Below are positions 1 through 13,689 of a stretch of 64,000 nucleotides of DNA, one piece after another. The position numbers were made by a program, and so were the translations under genes. Position 1 is the first letter of the stretch; each line of letters starts with the position of its first letter. The notes below the pieces were generated by a model that was not told where the DNA came from, ran no database searches, and saw only the letters and a list, made by a program, of their open reading frames with translations. Source of the stretch: Ginglymostoma cirratum (lineage: Eukaryota); assembly GCA_024137785.1 (NCBI GenBank), contig JAHRHZ010000016.1:41559305-41623304 (forward strand), given 5' to 3'.

Positions 1-267
1 AAGACAAGATAACTATAATGTCTTTCATAAATTAGTTCTGTAATTTTAAAAGCAAAATGATGGACATTGTGATGCAGCGAAGTAGACATTCTCTTATACT
101 TCGTATATGATACGTAAAATCTAGCCAAATCTTGCACTGATGAAATGAAGTAATCTTCTTCCTATTCATCAAAAGGATTCATCATAAAATGAGTTTGGAT
201 TGTCTCAATTCCCAACAGGTGTGTCAGCAAACTCTTCTCAATTCCAAGCAATTGTCAATATTTCGGT

Positions 268-460
268 AAACTCAGTAGTAATACTTCTGCTTCCAAGTCA
301 AAAGTTTTGAGTTGAAGATCGATACTTGGCACTTCAGCACAAAATCAAGGCTGCCATTCCAATGCCATAATGAAGGAATTCAGTATCATTGGAGGCAGTA
401 TCTTTTGGGTGTTAAACTGAAATCTTGCGTGGTTCTTATAGGGATCTAAGCAATGTGGGT
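268..460 (+). mobile_element. Degenerate Deu-domain SINE (SacSINE1-like), 5' part
   Basis: tRNA-like head (ctcagtagta...gagttgaagatc) followed by ggaggcagtatctttt...gttaaactga, resembling the Deu core. Confidence 0.45.
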
Positions 461-3400
461 GATAGAAAGATAACTCCATACAAGATGTCTGGCGAGGCCC
501 ATCCCCATGGCGGGAGTATCTTGCCCCATCTTTAATGCTTTTCATGAGTGGCATGATGAGTTTCTCACTAGGCAATGGTGAGTTGCCAACTAAGGGAAAT
601 TATTGCTTCTTAAAAGCTTTGTTGACTGCCCAACTCACCTGATTAATATTCACTTTCTATCTTACCAAACTTATTAACAAGCTACACATTGAGAAAACTC
701 AATGTGGAAGCCAGAGTAGGAACTTGGAATATTCAGATCGCCATTTGTCCCAAATGATGTTCATGTTGCATATGAACAAACTGCATCTGAGTGTGCAATA
801 CACAGGCACCAGCCACACTCACTTCTCATCCACGGACGTTAGCATCAGGCATGTACAAACCTTCTCATTACCATCATGCCCCTTTTGAATACACTTGCAG
901 GCCACTTAGAAAATACAGATTCATATTATAAGAAATACGTCCATTGGAAGGCTGTAATGGGAATATTTTGTATGTTTGGACTGGCACCAACTCAGGGCTG
1001 CTCACTTATTCTCTTAGCATTCTCTCGCTAAGCTCCTGCCTGAGTGCTTTCACCATCTGTGTCTTGCCATGCCATGTTAAATCGATCAGCACACTGTTGC
1101 TTCAGCTAAAGGTTATCTGCAGTACCATTATGAGGTGAAAAAAGGAAAAACCTCACGGTACTAGTTGGTACCATTCTGAAGTTAACAGAGCTGTGAAACC
1201 TTTACCCTGCATCAAGTGCTGCTTTCCTCTCTTTCCCTTGTCTATCAAGCCAAGTCACCACCACCAGCACCAGCCCTCGACCTTCCCCCCCACCCCACCC
1301 TAATCATAGCATTGAACTCATGCCTTTGTTCAATTCCTCCCTTATTTGCTTTCATTTTCCTTTAGATTCATTGTGCCAATGACATCCAATTCATCTTCTC
1401 AAAACTCTAAATCTACTAAAATACTGATCGCCCAACTTGCCTTCCTCTACTTGCCACATACAGCAATGAGACAAATGAGTGCTGTTTAGTGAAGTTTTAT
1501 ATTCAGATTGGAAACATTATTTAGTTATCATAATACATGCTTATAATATCTAAGATGATGAGTTCAGATTGCAGAGCAGCAGGACTATTATTCTCTATCT
1601 GTAATACACAAGACAGATGAGAAAGAATTCTAGTTTCCATGCAGAAATTTGGTCTCCTCTTCCCCCTGAAAATCTTTACAAAAACAAACATTGTGGTTCC
1701 ACAGAAACTAAAGGAAGTTGAAATAATTTGGTCAACTCAAATGTTCATTAATTTCATTATTCCAAATAGTATCCTAATACATGATAAGATTTAACCAAGG
1801 TTATGTATACAATTTAACAAAAGAAGAAAGCTAGAGGAAAGAGTTTGGTTAACCTTAAAATTAATCAGCTAACAAAATTAATGAAGTACTTTCAAATGAG
1901 GGATTTCTGTAAGTCAGATTAATTAGCAAATTATGCAATGGAAAATAACAGCAACTTGCCATTTTGCATTCAAAGGTTTATTTTGATTCCACAGGGTTTT
2001 AGCTGGATCAACATATGATGACTAATGACACAGAAACAACTGCAGGTCCATGGCTTTGGGCTCACTATCTTACTCTCAGATGTTCATGTGCAGCATTAAG
2101 TTGCTGCTCCATGCTCGCTGAATGTCAATGTTATCTCTCCTAAATCTTTTCAGCTTCTCAATGATTAGTTGAACACCACTTATTATGCTTGATATTTGCC
2201 TATTTGAATTGTCATCCTTTAGTACAGATCTTTAAAAACTGATAAAAATTGAAGAGCTCCAGTGAAGTAGAACCAGTTTCTTCAAACGTGAATAGAATAT
2301 TAACTTTAAAGCAAGGACATTTGTATCACAGAGCCATTTCTTCTTTTGGCTTATTCAAAACTGATCCTGCCACCCTGTTTTATCCACCTGACTTTGTAGA
2401 TCTCTTGGCTCTCAAATTTCTATCTAATTTTCCCTTTAAAATATCCAATAGTTCCTGTTTTAACCACTGTTTTAACAATGTTCCAACAATATTCTGTGTA
2501 AAGCTATTTCTCTACATTCACTTCATAACTACCTTAGCGATCAATTTAAATTGACACTGCCTTTAGAAAAGATTTGTGATGGCTAAAATTACTTGAAATA
2601 TAAGCAATTCAAGCACAATACAAATTTGTATATTGAGTAATAGCATGATTTTTAATGAATAAAATTTGCATTCAAGATCTGTGCAAAAAAAAAGCATTTT
2701 CTGCTTCTGCTTTGAAAGGTTAGATTCTCTCCTCAATCCTTGTCTTGAGAGGTGTTTAAGACCTAAGGCCTTGATTATAGGTTACGCTTTATCTGCATAG
2801 TGTTTGTTCATCAAAGCTTGACATTCGCTTGAAATGTAGCTTAAAGTGCATTCCAAGCACTTCAAACAGTAATGAAAGGACACAGAAAGGATAGATGTGT
2901 AAGAGATGAAGTTACAGCTATTTTATATAATGTTGTCATTTCTGTTCAGGCCTGCCACAAAACAATTAAAGGGATGGGTGCTGTTTTTTTGTGCTCTATG
3001 ACCTAAAGTTCATTTTGTCAAACACAGGCTCTTCATTAATCTTCTAGGTGTATAATTTCTCACATGTAGCATCTGTACATAGCAGCCTTCCATCTTGTAA
3101 AGGTGATGATTGGTGCAATGGTGAACAATTCAGTTATATCTTCTGTATAACTGCAGTTAAAAACTTGTTACCAAACCTTTTCAAAGGAAATGATAAGTAA
3201 ATGTATTCATTGATTTTGCCATCTGTTTATGGCAATATATTGCATATCTTTGCATCCAGCTACTCACATTCATATCCTGTCTTGAAAGTAAGGTGCAGAC
3301 ACTTGAAGAGTGTCAAGAGCTGATTTTATCAGAATACAATGTGCAATTTTTTAAAACATATTTTAAATTGCCAAGGCCATTTCTATGATTCTGTGAAATC

Positions 3401-3779
3401 TATGATTCTATGATTTGATGAATGTAGGTATTTGTGGTAAATAAGATGGCAACCAACTCGGGAGAAAGAAACTTCACAATCTCACTTCACAAGAGCATGT
3501 AATGCCAGAACCACCAACCACTTTGTGGCATTTGACAGGACAATTTACCATGGTAAATCATGTCATAATATGAAACAGTGACAAGAGCAAGAAAGTGTGT
3601 GCACTTTGCAATACTTGCAGTAATATGTTTATGATGCCTCCCTATCTCAAACCTGAATCTACTCTTAAGCCAACAGAAAATTACAACAAAGTGATTAAAA
3701 TTGAATACATCAAACTTATAACAGAACAGTTTCTTCTTGGCCTGTATTCAACAGCTTGCAAATTCAATAGTGAAAAATA

Positions 3780-4360
3780 ACTCAGTTGGAAACACTTTGC
3801 ATCGTGGTTCAGAAAGATTGGAGATCAGGCTCTGCTCCATCTTCTTGAGCACATAATCTTAACTGGCATTGTGTTGTAGAACGGAGGTATGTTGCACTGT
3901 GGTGGTATCATCAAGTCCCCACAGTGTGCAAACAGGCCCTTCGGCCCAGCAAGTCCACACCGACCCTCAGAGCAACTCACCCAGACCTGTCTCCCTCTTC
4001 CCCAACTAACCTACACATCCCTGAACACTACAGGCAATTTAGCATGGCCAATCCAACTAACCTGCACATCTTTGGACTGTAGGAGGAAACCAGAGCACCC
4101 GGAGGAAACCTACGCAGACATGGGGAGAATGTGCAAACTCCACACAGACAGTTGCCCAAGAGTGGAATCAAACCCAGGTCCCTGGCACTGTGAGGCAGCA
4201 GGGCTAACCACTGAGCCACGGTGATACCCACGTTAAAAAGTTAAATTATTGTGTGAGGTATTATAGTCTGCTGCTGCTGGGGCTCAAAATGATGTCAAAG
4301 ATCAATTGACAGGATTCAAAGAATAAAGGGTTACCCAGATGCCTTTGTCAATATTCTTCC
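3780..4360 (+). mobile_element. Old Deu-domain SINE interrupted by an HE1-type SINE
   Basis: Head at 3780-3910; Deu-like core (gatgtcaaagatc...gtcaatatt) resumes after 4231. Confidence 0.45.
3913..4230 (-). mobile_element. HE1-type (V-domain) tRNA-derived SINE
   Basis: Minus strand reads gtggctcagtggttagc (A box), ggtttgattcc (B box), gtgtggagtttgcacattctcccc...cagtccaaagatgtgcaggttag, then a CR1-type tail gggccgaagggcctgttt. Confidence 0.88.
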
Positions 4361-6117
4361 CAACTTTAATTTGACGTTATTCAAATAAACTCAAATGTTA
4401 TATTCTGGATTTTTTCTACTCAATGATATTTTTAAAAAGGTTTCATTTATTGATAGTCACTTATTAGTCACTTCATTTATTGAAGTCATACCAAAAGCCA
4501 GACATTGGTACTTGTCATATTGGCGCCTGGATATTTACCACTTTTTTTATAATGACATCCCTCTGTCCATTATTTCAATAGACAGATTAACTCATTTAAT
4601 ATGAATGGACTAAGGTTAACAACGAATTAGATGATTGGAGTGTCACCAATGTGTTCAGCATTAATTTGCTGGTATCATCAGCTGCAATTCCTACTTTTTG
4701 GTTCTAAAATCTAAGTAATAATGATAAGCATGGGTTAAATGCATATTTGCTGCTTCATGCACACTTAAATTTAAATGCACTTGTACATCAAAGGTAGAAG
4801 CTAATTAATGCCAATGAGAAATATTTGTTAAACGGTTAAACAAATAGCAGTGTGCAAGAGAAACTAGCCATGCTTCTTGCATCTAAGGAGAAAGGTAACA
4901 TGCCTTGGGCCACATTTTTCAACACAACTCGAAAAGATGCCTTCTACACCTGTAGTCACTACAGCTTGTAACATAAGAGGACTCACTTCTGAACAATGCA
5001 TTTTGTGTATCTAGGTTTTGTAAAGACTGAAATTATTTATGTAGATAATGATGAAAGGCTTTTGTGCTACAGATGAATAAACTAAAATTCATGCCTTTAT
5101 GGAAGGAAATGATCCCAAGGACAGATCCCTTTGCATGTCTATGATGAGACAAAATTGTTTTTTTGAGTCCAGAAGTAGAATTTCTCAAAGTTTCCAGGGC
5201 CATTCTTTTGAGCAATATCCTGTGATTACTGTAAGCATTGATAGTTAGTTGTGCCAGACACTTGGTACTTTGAGTTAGAACATGCATGTTCCATCCATAT
5301 GTACATGAATTTTGCTCTTGAGGTTCAGATTTGCATGTTTACACTATCTTAGGTTTGTTTCAGGCCTATAGGCCGCTCTTGCATTTGCAGTCCCTGAAAA
5401 ATAGGTGTCAGAGGAGCAACTGAAGTTGCCCCATTATTGCTAACTGCAGGTAGGTGCCCATTTTGTCAGGCATGAAACTGGCAGGACTGTGTTCACTTTC
5501 TCCATGTCTAATAAATTCCATATGTCTACAGACATATATCATAAATGGTAGATCACATGATGAAACATTTCCTGTTCAATTAAAACAAAACTAACCAGTG
5601 CTCCATGTCTGAAGCGTGCCAACTGATGATACTTCACAGAAGGACGTTAATAATGGCCTGGAATTCACAGTGCAGATCACAGTTTAATCACATAGCTGAA
5701 AAAAATATATATTTACAAGCAATACCATTGAAGGATAGTGGAGAGAGAGGGAATAATGAAGAGGGCTTTACAAGGTTGATGCTTCTGTTTCAACTCTAAG
5801 GTGGTTGTTTAGAATTTTCGTTGTTTTATCTACTTGATTGTGTTTTGTGACTGCTAGTTTTAAGCTGGTTTCGGGCTATTCGAAACCAGTCATGCAGAGT
5901 TTATTTTGCCTGCTTCTATGGATGATCAATGTAAAGTATCAGCAGGAACAGTGACCTGACTGTACCAACGAAACGTATGAACCTCAATCGCCACTGACAG
6001 TGTCGACATTAACTTCTCATGACCTTGTTAAACAGTGCTTCAATGGAGTTTGTCTTCTTTGAACTACACTGTAACTGATATATAACCAAAGTCTTTTCTT
6101 GCTTTTTTTATATTCAG

Positions 6118-6214
6118 GTTCAGTTCCTCAAGACAATCTGATTGTGCCAGAACTGAATATTTCTGACACGCAACTGATCATTGAAGTAAATGGAACACTC
6201 TCAGTCACTTGCAA
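6118..6214 (+). CDS. kdrl: VEGFR exon 2 (start of Ig1): (G)SVPQDNLIVPELNISDTQLIIEVNGTLSVTC(K)
   Basis: Polypyrimidine tract + tattcag acceptor; aa|gtaaga donor; 97 nt, phase 1 to 2; PxL...G.TL...C motif of VEGFR D1. Not in the ORF track. Confidence 0.9.
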
Positions 6215-6593
6215 GTAAGATTACATTTATTTTCAAGATACTTCTTTCTGTCTACTTCTGTCAATTTTTATTTACTTTGGCTCCTTACAGAGTACAAACT
6301 TTCTAATTCACACGACAGAGAGTCCATTAGTGATTCTAACTAATAGATCAACTAATCACCAAAGTAAAGCTTTGTAACTGAGTTATGAGTTTTATTACAG
6401 TGGTGCATCTAATCTTGCAACCTGATTGAATATGTCATACAAACTGCAAAGGTGCTATTCCCTCTTCTCCATTCATAACCAGCCTTAAGTTAACTCTTAA
6501 ACATTATTGTGGATTCAGTTAATATGACAAGATGAATTAAAGTCAACCAGTTATAATGACTATTACACAGTCAAAATGCTGGATATGCTAGTA

Positions 6594-6668
6594 AAGGGAA
6601 ATAAAACACATAACCAGGAAATACTTAGCAGATCAGGTAGCACCTGTGAAGAAAGGTATAGAGTTAAT
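6594..6668 (-). mobile_element. Penelope-like terminal fragment
   Basis: ggaaatacttagcagatcaggtagcacctgtg matches the terminal sequence seen at 12575 and 61070. Confidence 0.5.
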
Positions 6669-7173
6669 AGGGGCAATTTGCTGTTCTCAGTCCCTGTCAA
6701 AATGGTGAGACCATTTGCAAGTCAGAAACCTCAGTGTTGAAGGAATGGGCTCTGTCAAGGGACTTTCCCAGAACCACAGTATCCCACCCCAGGTACCCTG
6801 ACAATCAAAGAAAGTGAATAGCATCATGTTCTTTTTCAATGTCACAGTGATCACAAGAATTGAGAGGAAATGAGGAAATGCCGCAGTTCACATAGGTTCT
6901 ACCTGGATGTTCTTCTGTGGGATTTGAGGAGTTGCGCTGAGGCAAGCTCTCCCAAAGACAGAAGAAAGCGGGTTAGTGAAGGAGGCAGGGATAGAAGTGG
7001 CTGTGGGGAGCAAGCCCACCCTGGCCAAATCCTACTTCACTCCTAACAATCTAACTCCTGCCACAGCCCCTCCTCCCAACTGGAACCTTCCCATGCAACT
7101 GTGAACAGTGTTACACTTGCCCTTTCACCTCCTCCCTTCTCATTGCCCAAGGCCCTAAACACAACTACTAGTT

Positions 7174-7950
7174 GACATTCGCACCCACAAATGCCAGGCT
7201 ATGACCATCATCAATAAGAGAACAATCTAGCCACCATCCCTTGACATTCAATGGTGTTACCATCACTGAATCCCCCACTATCAACATCCTGGGGGTTACC
7301 ATTGACCAGAAACTCAACTGGCCTCACCACATTAACACAGTGGCTACAAGAGCAGGCCAGAATCTAGGAATACTGCGGCGAGCAACTCACCTCCTGACTT
7401 CTCAAAGCCTGTCCACCATCTACAGGGCACAAGTCAGGAGTGTGATGGAATACTCCCCACTTGCTTGGATGAGTGCAGCCCCAACAACACTCAAGAAGCT
7501 TGACACCATCCAGGACAAAGCAGCCCAATTGATTGGCATTACACCCACAAACATTCACTCTCTCCACCATCAACGCTCAGTAACAGCAGTGTGTACTATC
7601 TACAGGATGCACAGCAGAAATTCACCAAAAATCCTCAGACAGCACCTTCCAAACCCACGACCACTTCCATCTAGAAGGACAAGGACAGCAGACATATGGG
7701 AACACCACCACCTCCAAGTTCCTTTCCAAGTCACCCACCATCCGGACTTGGAAATATACTGTTCCTTCACTGTATCTGGGTCAAAATCCTGGAATTCCCT
7801 CCCTCATGGCATTGTGGTTCAACCCACAGCAGGTGGAATGCAGCTGTTCAAGAAGGCAGCACACCACCACCTTCTCAAGGGAAATTATGGATGGGCAAGA
7901 ATTGCTGGCCAGCCAGCGATGTCCAAATCCCATGAAAAGAATAGAAAAAA
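7174..7950 (+). mobile_element. 5'-truncated CR1/L2-group LINE, 3' end
   Basis: ORF 7241-8071 gives LGVTIDQKLNW..HI...LSTIYRAQVRSVMEYSPLAW (RT thumb region); ends gatgggcaa...gctggccagccagcga...gaatagaaaaaaaa. Confidence 0.88.
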
Positions 7951-7971
7951 AAACAAAATTTTACTTGTACT

Positions 7972-8187
7972 TGTTAGGTGGATTGGCTATGCTAAGTTAC
8001 CTACAGTGCAGGCTAGGTGGGTTAGCCATGGGCATGCAGGGTTACTGGGATTGGTAAGGTTACAGGCTTAGGTAAGGGGGTGGGCCTGGGTGTGTTCAGG
8101 GAGTCAGAGTGGACCCATTGGGCTGAATGGCCTGTTTCCACACTGTAGAGATTTTATGATTTTGTGATTCAATGATTTTATGATTCT
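7972..8187 (+). mobile_element. 3' half of an HE1-type SINE
   Basis: gttaggtggattggctatgctaag...gggctgaatggcctgtttccacactgtag followed by a (ttctatga)-like tail. Confidence 0.8.
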
Positions 8188-8789
8188 TTCAGTCTAATCT
8201 ATTGTATTCACTGTTCACAATGGTAGCCCCTTTACATTGATGACAGCAGAGGCAGACCGGCTAACTACTTTGGTGGTAACCTTCATTTTGTCCATAAGAA
8301 TGGCCCCAACCTTTCAGCACCTTGTCATTTCAACAAACCAACTTGCTTACATGCTAACATTTCCACCCTGGACCTGTTCTAATGAAGCTCAGTTTAAGCT
8401 GGAAGAGCAGCATTTCATTTTCTGCTTGTGTACTTTACGGCATTTAGAACCCAAGATTGAGTGGAACAACTTCAAAGCAAGACCTCTGTACTCCATTTTG
8501 ATTTCAACCCATTCACTCTACCTCTGCCTAGGTGTTGTTTTAGTGTCGTATTGACTTTGCTCTGACCGGAACAGAAGCATTTTCTCCTTTTCACATCTGT
8601 GGTTTACACTTATTTTACATCTCAATACTTTCTTGAATACTATTGGTACTCCCTTTGACTCACTATTTGCTCCATTCTCTCATCCTTCCTCTCTGTCAGT
8701 AGCATTAAACCACATTTTCCAACCCTTTTCAGTTTTGAAGAATAGTCATAGTGGATGTGCCAAGACTCTCCAGGACTTGCTGTTTTTAT

Positions 8790-9990
8790 TTTAAGCCTCT
8801 TTGTATCCTCCTCACAAATCACATTTGCCACAAGTTTTGTAATATTTTCAAACTTGGACATAATACATTTGTCCCTCAGATTCAAGGCATCATTAAATGG
8901 TGAACAGTTGGGGCCCAAACATTGACTCTTGTGTTATCCATTGGTCATAGCCTGTCAATTTGAGAATGACCCATTTATTCCTATTCTGATTTCTGCCTGT
9001 TAACCAATCCTCAATCCATGCTAATTTATTACCATTAATCCTGTGCCCCTTACTTTTACTTAGTAACTTACTGCGTGAGACTTTATTAAAAGCCTTCTGC
9101 AAATCCAAATACACCAGATCCACTGGTTCCCCCATATTGATTCTGTTCATGACATCCTCAATGAATTGATCAGGTTTGTTAACTTGATATCCCCTTCAAA
9201 CAGTCATCTTGACTGTCTGCAACCAGACAATTATTTTCTAAATATCGAGTAATCACATCCTTTATAAAAGATTCTAGTGTTTTCCATCTTAGCCAACAGG
9301 TCTGTACATTTCTGTTTTCTCTTTCCACCTCTTTCTTTCTTTGTTAAACCCTCTTCTTGGGTTACACTTGGAACCTTTCTATCTGCGGCCACAATTTTTG
9401 AGTTTATAGAATTTTGAAAGATATCACCAAGGCATTTATTTCTTCTGTAGCCATCCCTTTCAGCACTCTAGAATCAAGGTCATCAGATTATGATAAATTG
9501 TTAGCATTCATTCCGATTCATCTCTGAATTATCATTCTTCTTACTAATACAAATTTATTTCAGTTCCACACTCTCAGTAGAACTTAATTATTTTGTGGAA
9601 ACCTCTTGCCTCTTCTTCTATTATGACAGACACAAAGTAGAAGACATACATACACATATTTATTTTGCTTCTCTGCCATTTCTTCATTTCCTATCAAACA
9701 TTCACCTGTCTCTGCCTGTAATAGTCCACATTTGTATTTGCTCATCTCATCCTTTACATACCTATAGAAGCTTGTCCTGTTTTTAATGTTTCTTGCTATT
9801 TTGCATGAATATTCTATTCTCTCACTCTTCGTTAATTTCTTGGTCCTCCTTTGCTAAGTTCTAAAATTCTCCCTTTCGTCAAGCTTACAGCATTTTCTGG
9901 CAACTTTATAAGCCATGTCCTTTTATCTAATCTGCCGTTAATTTCCCTTGTCCATCATGGCTCAGTCAATTTTCCCGTTGAGTGTATTTG
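8790..9990 (-). mobile_element. CR1 LINE ORF2 fragment (RT)
   Basis: ORF 8893-9150 gives VDLVYLDLQKAFNKV...WIEDWLTGRNQ, the CR1 RT DFxKAFDKV motif. Confidence 0.85.
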
Positions 9991-11239
9991 CCTTAAAGCA
10001 TTGTATGTTTTATGTTCACTTTATCAATTCCACACATGAATATTCTATAGAAATTTCACATTATCTGCTGGTTCTTTACTTTGATGAATGTGAATTAATT
10101 AATTTTTGACTCATGTTTCTGTTTTATGACACGTTTTCACAGGGAAAAAAGTTCTGAATAAACTCAACAATTGATTTACAAGCTTGTAAACTTTAGTTGG
10201 GTAATTCCAATGCTTGCTATTTCCCAAAAAGAACACACTAAAACCTCCATAAGCTTTCCTGAAATCAGCTTTCTTCATGAGGCATTGATCTTTCAGCAAA
10301 TGCAGTTGAAGGTATTGTGAATAAGTCAGTGCCTGTTCTCCTTAATTGGTGAGTTGCACAGTGTTGAGCATTTTGTCATCACTTGAATGTCAAAGTATTT
10401 GTCTTATGCCAAGCAATGTTCACCACTGTTCAAAATGAACTGAAAAGTGCATTATTCAGAGAGATCCTGTCAGATAAGTGATACTTTATACAAAAGATTT
10501 CGCTCAGAACGTAAAAGCATTGTTTAAGAGACTGGCCAATGACATGTAGTTGACCTTTTTAACAACTCAAACTGTAGTTGAACTTTTACAATTACAATTT
10601 GACAATTTGAAGCTTTTAAGAAAAGACTGAGGAAGGAGCAGGGTTAACCAAACAATATACAAGATTGGCACAGGGTGGGAAGACCCTAATGTAATGGGAA
10701 GAAGGATGGGACAAATGAGATATCCTAAGAACAGGATGATTAACTGCCTACACATGTGTAACCTGACTTGATTTAAACCTGCAGTGTTTTTGCAAATCCA
10801 CAAAGCAAATATTTAACTGTCCAGCTAAGTTGTTAATCAGAACCTCAGACTATTCCCAGCATAATAATTTTAGGTGTCTCTAAGAAATGATCGGACTGGC
10901 TACTTTATACATTAGTTATCTGTGTTTTATGCTGTTTCTGGAATAAAAGCCAATATACTTCTACCAGGCTCTCATTATATCATCTTGTCTTTAATGGTAG
11001 CTACATATCTGTGTTGAATTATAAATACACTGCCAAAATGTATTTGGTTACAGCTCATGGTAAATTAAATACTCGAAGCAAGCATTTCAGTCATGAAAAA
11101 ATACAGATCAAATGAAATGTGTAGAAATTATGTAAAATTAGTCAAATTACATTGATGTCAATACATCAGAGGATCATGGGGAAACTGAGAGCGGCAATAA
11201 TGAAATCCAATGGTTTATGAATATCATCCAAATTTTGGG

Positions 11240-11550
11240 AATGCCATTGGTCTAGTAATACTGGTAACCAGGATAATCCTTGTGAAATTTAAATAGAATT
11301 AATTATTTAAAAATTGAATTGAATGCTAATCTCAGTAAAGATAACCACAGACTTATCATCAATTGTTGTAAAAATACGTATGATTTATGAAGAAAGAAAA
11401 TCTTCCATCCTTTCCTGTTCTGATTGACAGCTTAATCCAGACCCACAGCAATGTGGTTGATTCTTAACTGGATTCAAAGGCAAGGAAAGATGGGAAACAA
11501 ATGTAGGCCTTGCCAGCAATGTCCACATCTTATGATAGAATGAAAGAAAA
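11240..11550 (+). mobile_element. Degenerate copy of the tRNA SINE family that shares its tail with the CR1/L2-group LINE
   Basis: ccagacccacagcaatgtggttga core and gatggg..acaaatgtaggccttgccagcaatgtccacatc tail. Confidence 0.65.
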
Positions 11551-12269
11551 TTCCTTAGCAATTTGCATTGCGTTTTATCATCTTTCATGAATGGTAGGAT
11601 CATCAAAAAGTTTGAATTTTCAAACAGACCAATATAATAAATATATATCTAGAGTGATTTACTGACAACAATATTCGAGAAGTTTCTTTTTTGTTGAACT
11701 TTAGCTATGTCTCATTTTCTTATAGGTTAGAGGCAGGAATGGCTCCTCATGGCTGTTATGACCCTATCAGTCTGACAAACGAGAGAAGTTCTTGATCCAC
11801 TCCCAGAATTCTACCCGATATTTCCTCACAAGGTCATGTTACATCATGGAGATCATGTCAGCTGAAGGCTGAAATGAATACCACTGAGATCCTGGGAACA
11901 CATTGTGGGAAGTGAGGCCTGGGTCACAGCATGGTGATCCCTCTTAGGGATATGGAGACTTCCAACTGTGCAGAGTGGGAGAATTGTGGGTATCAGATGG
12001 TGCACTGGAATCCCAAATATGTGGAAGATAATTGCATTGTTCTGTAAATTATTCCAGTCATGGTAATGCTATAAGAGGTGTTGGATGGTTACCTGTGATA
12101 GTGGTGAAAGGAGTCCATGATTACCCAGGTGTCTAATGCTGAGCTGGATCAGACAAATTTCCATGATGAAGCTTTTCTAGGTAGGTTTTTGGATTTAGAG
12201 AAAACACTCTGACTGCTCTTGGCAACAAGCATTGCTGCAAAAACTCTGACCTTATGGATTTCGCCACAA

Positions 12270-12567
12270 CACTCTGTCACAGCAGAGTGTACCATTTACA
12301 AGAGCGCAGTGCAAGAATTCACCAATGTTCCTTAGATAACACCTTCCAAACCACTACCATCTAGAGACACAGGAACAGCAGATACATTGGAACACCACCA
12401 CCTGCTGATTTGCCTCCAAGCCACAAACCACCCTGCCTTGGAAATCTCGAGTGGTTCCTTCTACGTGACTGGTTCAAAATGCTCGAATGTCCTCCCTAAT
12501 GGTATTGTGGGTCTACCTATATGTAACAGACTGCAGTGGCTCAAGAAGGCAGCTCAACACCATCTTT
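12270..12567 (+). mobile_element. CR1/L2-group LINE 3' fragment (same family as 7174-7950)
   Basis: caccttccaaacc...ccatctaga...gaacaccacc...tcaagaaggcagctca matches 7640-7870. Confidence 0.8.
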
Positions 12568-12574
12568 TAGGAAA

Positions 12575-13185
12575 AATAACAAAAACAGCAAATGCTGGAA
12601 AATCTCAGCAGGTCTAGCAGCATCTTTGGAGAGATGAACAGCGAGTACAACAGGCTAGATTGAGTGAAGTGCAGGTAAATTTCTGCCTCACGTGGAAGGT
12701 GTGTCTGGGGCTTGGGTAATGAGGAGGAAGGAGGTAAATGGATGGGTGTAACACCTTCTGCAATCACACGGGAATGTGCTGTGTGGGTGTGAGGAGATGA
12801 TGGGAGTGAAGGAAGAGTGGACCAGGGTGTCCCAGAGGGAACAGGTCATACAGAAGGCTAACAAGGGAGGGGAGGGGTGTGTCTCTGTCTGGTGGTGGAA
12901 TCCCTCTGGATGTGGTGGAAATGGCAGATAATGACCCTCTGGATGTGGATGCTGGTTGGATAGTAAGCGAGGACCAGAAGGACCCAATTGCTGTTGCAGG
13001 ATGGATGACAAGGGATGTGGGCCAAAGTGCAGGAGATGGTTCAGACATGGCTGAGGGTCCTATCAACCACACTGGTGGGGAATCCTTCTCCCAGAACTCT
13101 TCCCAGTTTCTCCCTCTCCAGCGCATCTGTTCTGACGATGCCAACCTCTGCAAGAGACCCTCCAAAATGTCCATCTTCTTCTTAA
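12575..13185 (-). mobile_element. Penelope-like fragment with an internal deletion and an inverted 5' segment
   Basis: Minus strand FPCDCRRCYT.PFTS..QAP; terminal aaatgctggaaaatctcagcaggtc; 13095-13185 reads SQFLPLQRICSDD on the + strand. Confidence 0.78.
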
Positions 13186-13455
13186 TGCTGATCTATAAGT
13201 GGCTGGTGATGAATTTCCTGAACAGGTTTTAACTGAACTTAAAGGCCACCTACTACCAATGGGCAGTTAGCTGTAGCTCCAGTAGAAAGCAAAAACGTGC
13301 TGGTCAATAGCTTGGAATGGCCAGCCACTTTTGCAACATGAAAATCCACCAGGTTTATGTTGGAAATGAAACAGTCTGGTACTGTCATATAATAATCAAA
13401 TAGTCCTCTCTGAAAATTATTCATATTCTACAAAATTGCTTTTCCTACTTGCTTT

Positions 13456-13685
13456 ACAAAGAACAAAGAACAAAGAAAATTACAGCACAGGAACAGGCCC
13501 TTCGGCCCTCCAAGCCTGTGCCAATCCAGATCCTCATTCTAAACCTGTCACCTATTTTCCAAGGATCTGTATCCCTCTGCTCCCTGCCCATTCACGTAGC
13601 TGTCTAGATACATCTAAAATGATGCTATCATGCCCGCCTCTACCATCTCAGCTGGTAATGCGTTCCAGGCACCCACCACCCTCTG
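13456..13685 (-). mobile_element. CR1 LINE 3' end with (TTCTTTG)n tail
   Basis: acaaagaacaaagaacaaagaaaattacagcacaggaacaggccc; closely similar to 20415-20640. Confidence 0.85.
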
Positions 13686-13689
13686 GTGG

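Larger units (their letters stand above)
7010..8790 (+). mobile_element. Decayed Penelope-like element (GIY-YIG end), split by a LINE and a SINE
   Basis: GTFPCNC..C.TCPFTSS..QGPK at 7080-7165; FTCT at about 7960; SLIYCIHCSQ..LYI from 8188; KLEEQHFIFCLCTL..KIEWNNFK at 8395-8475; pyrimidine-rich 3' tail. Confidence 0.75.

Noticed and set aside
1-6117. Exon 1 or promoter of the receptor gene
   Set aside because: No CpG island or signal-peptide exon with a phase-1 donor was found; the region looks like intron 1.
7241-8071. Longest ORF (276 aa) as a host gene
   Set aside because: It is a LINE ORF2 C-terminus running through Penelope and SINE sequence, with a non-ATG start.
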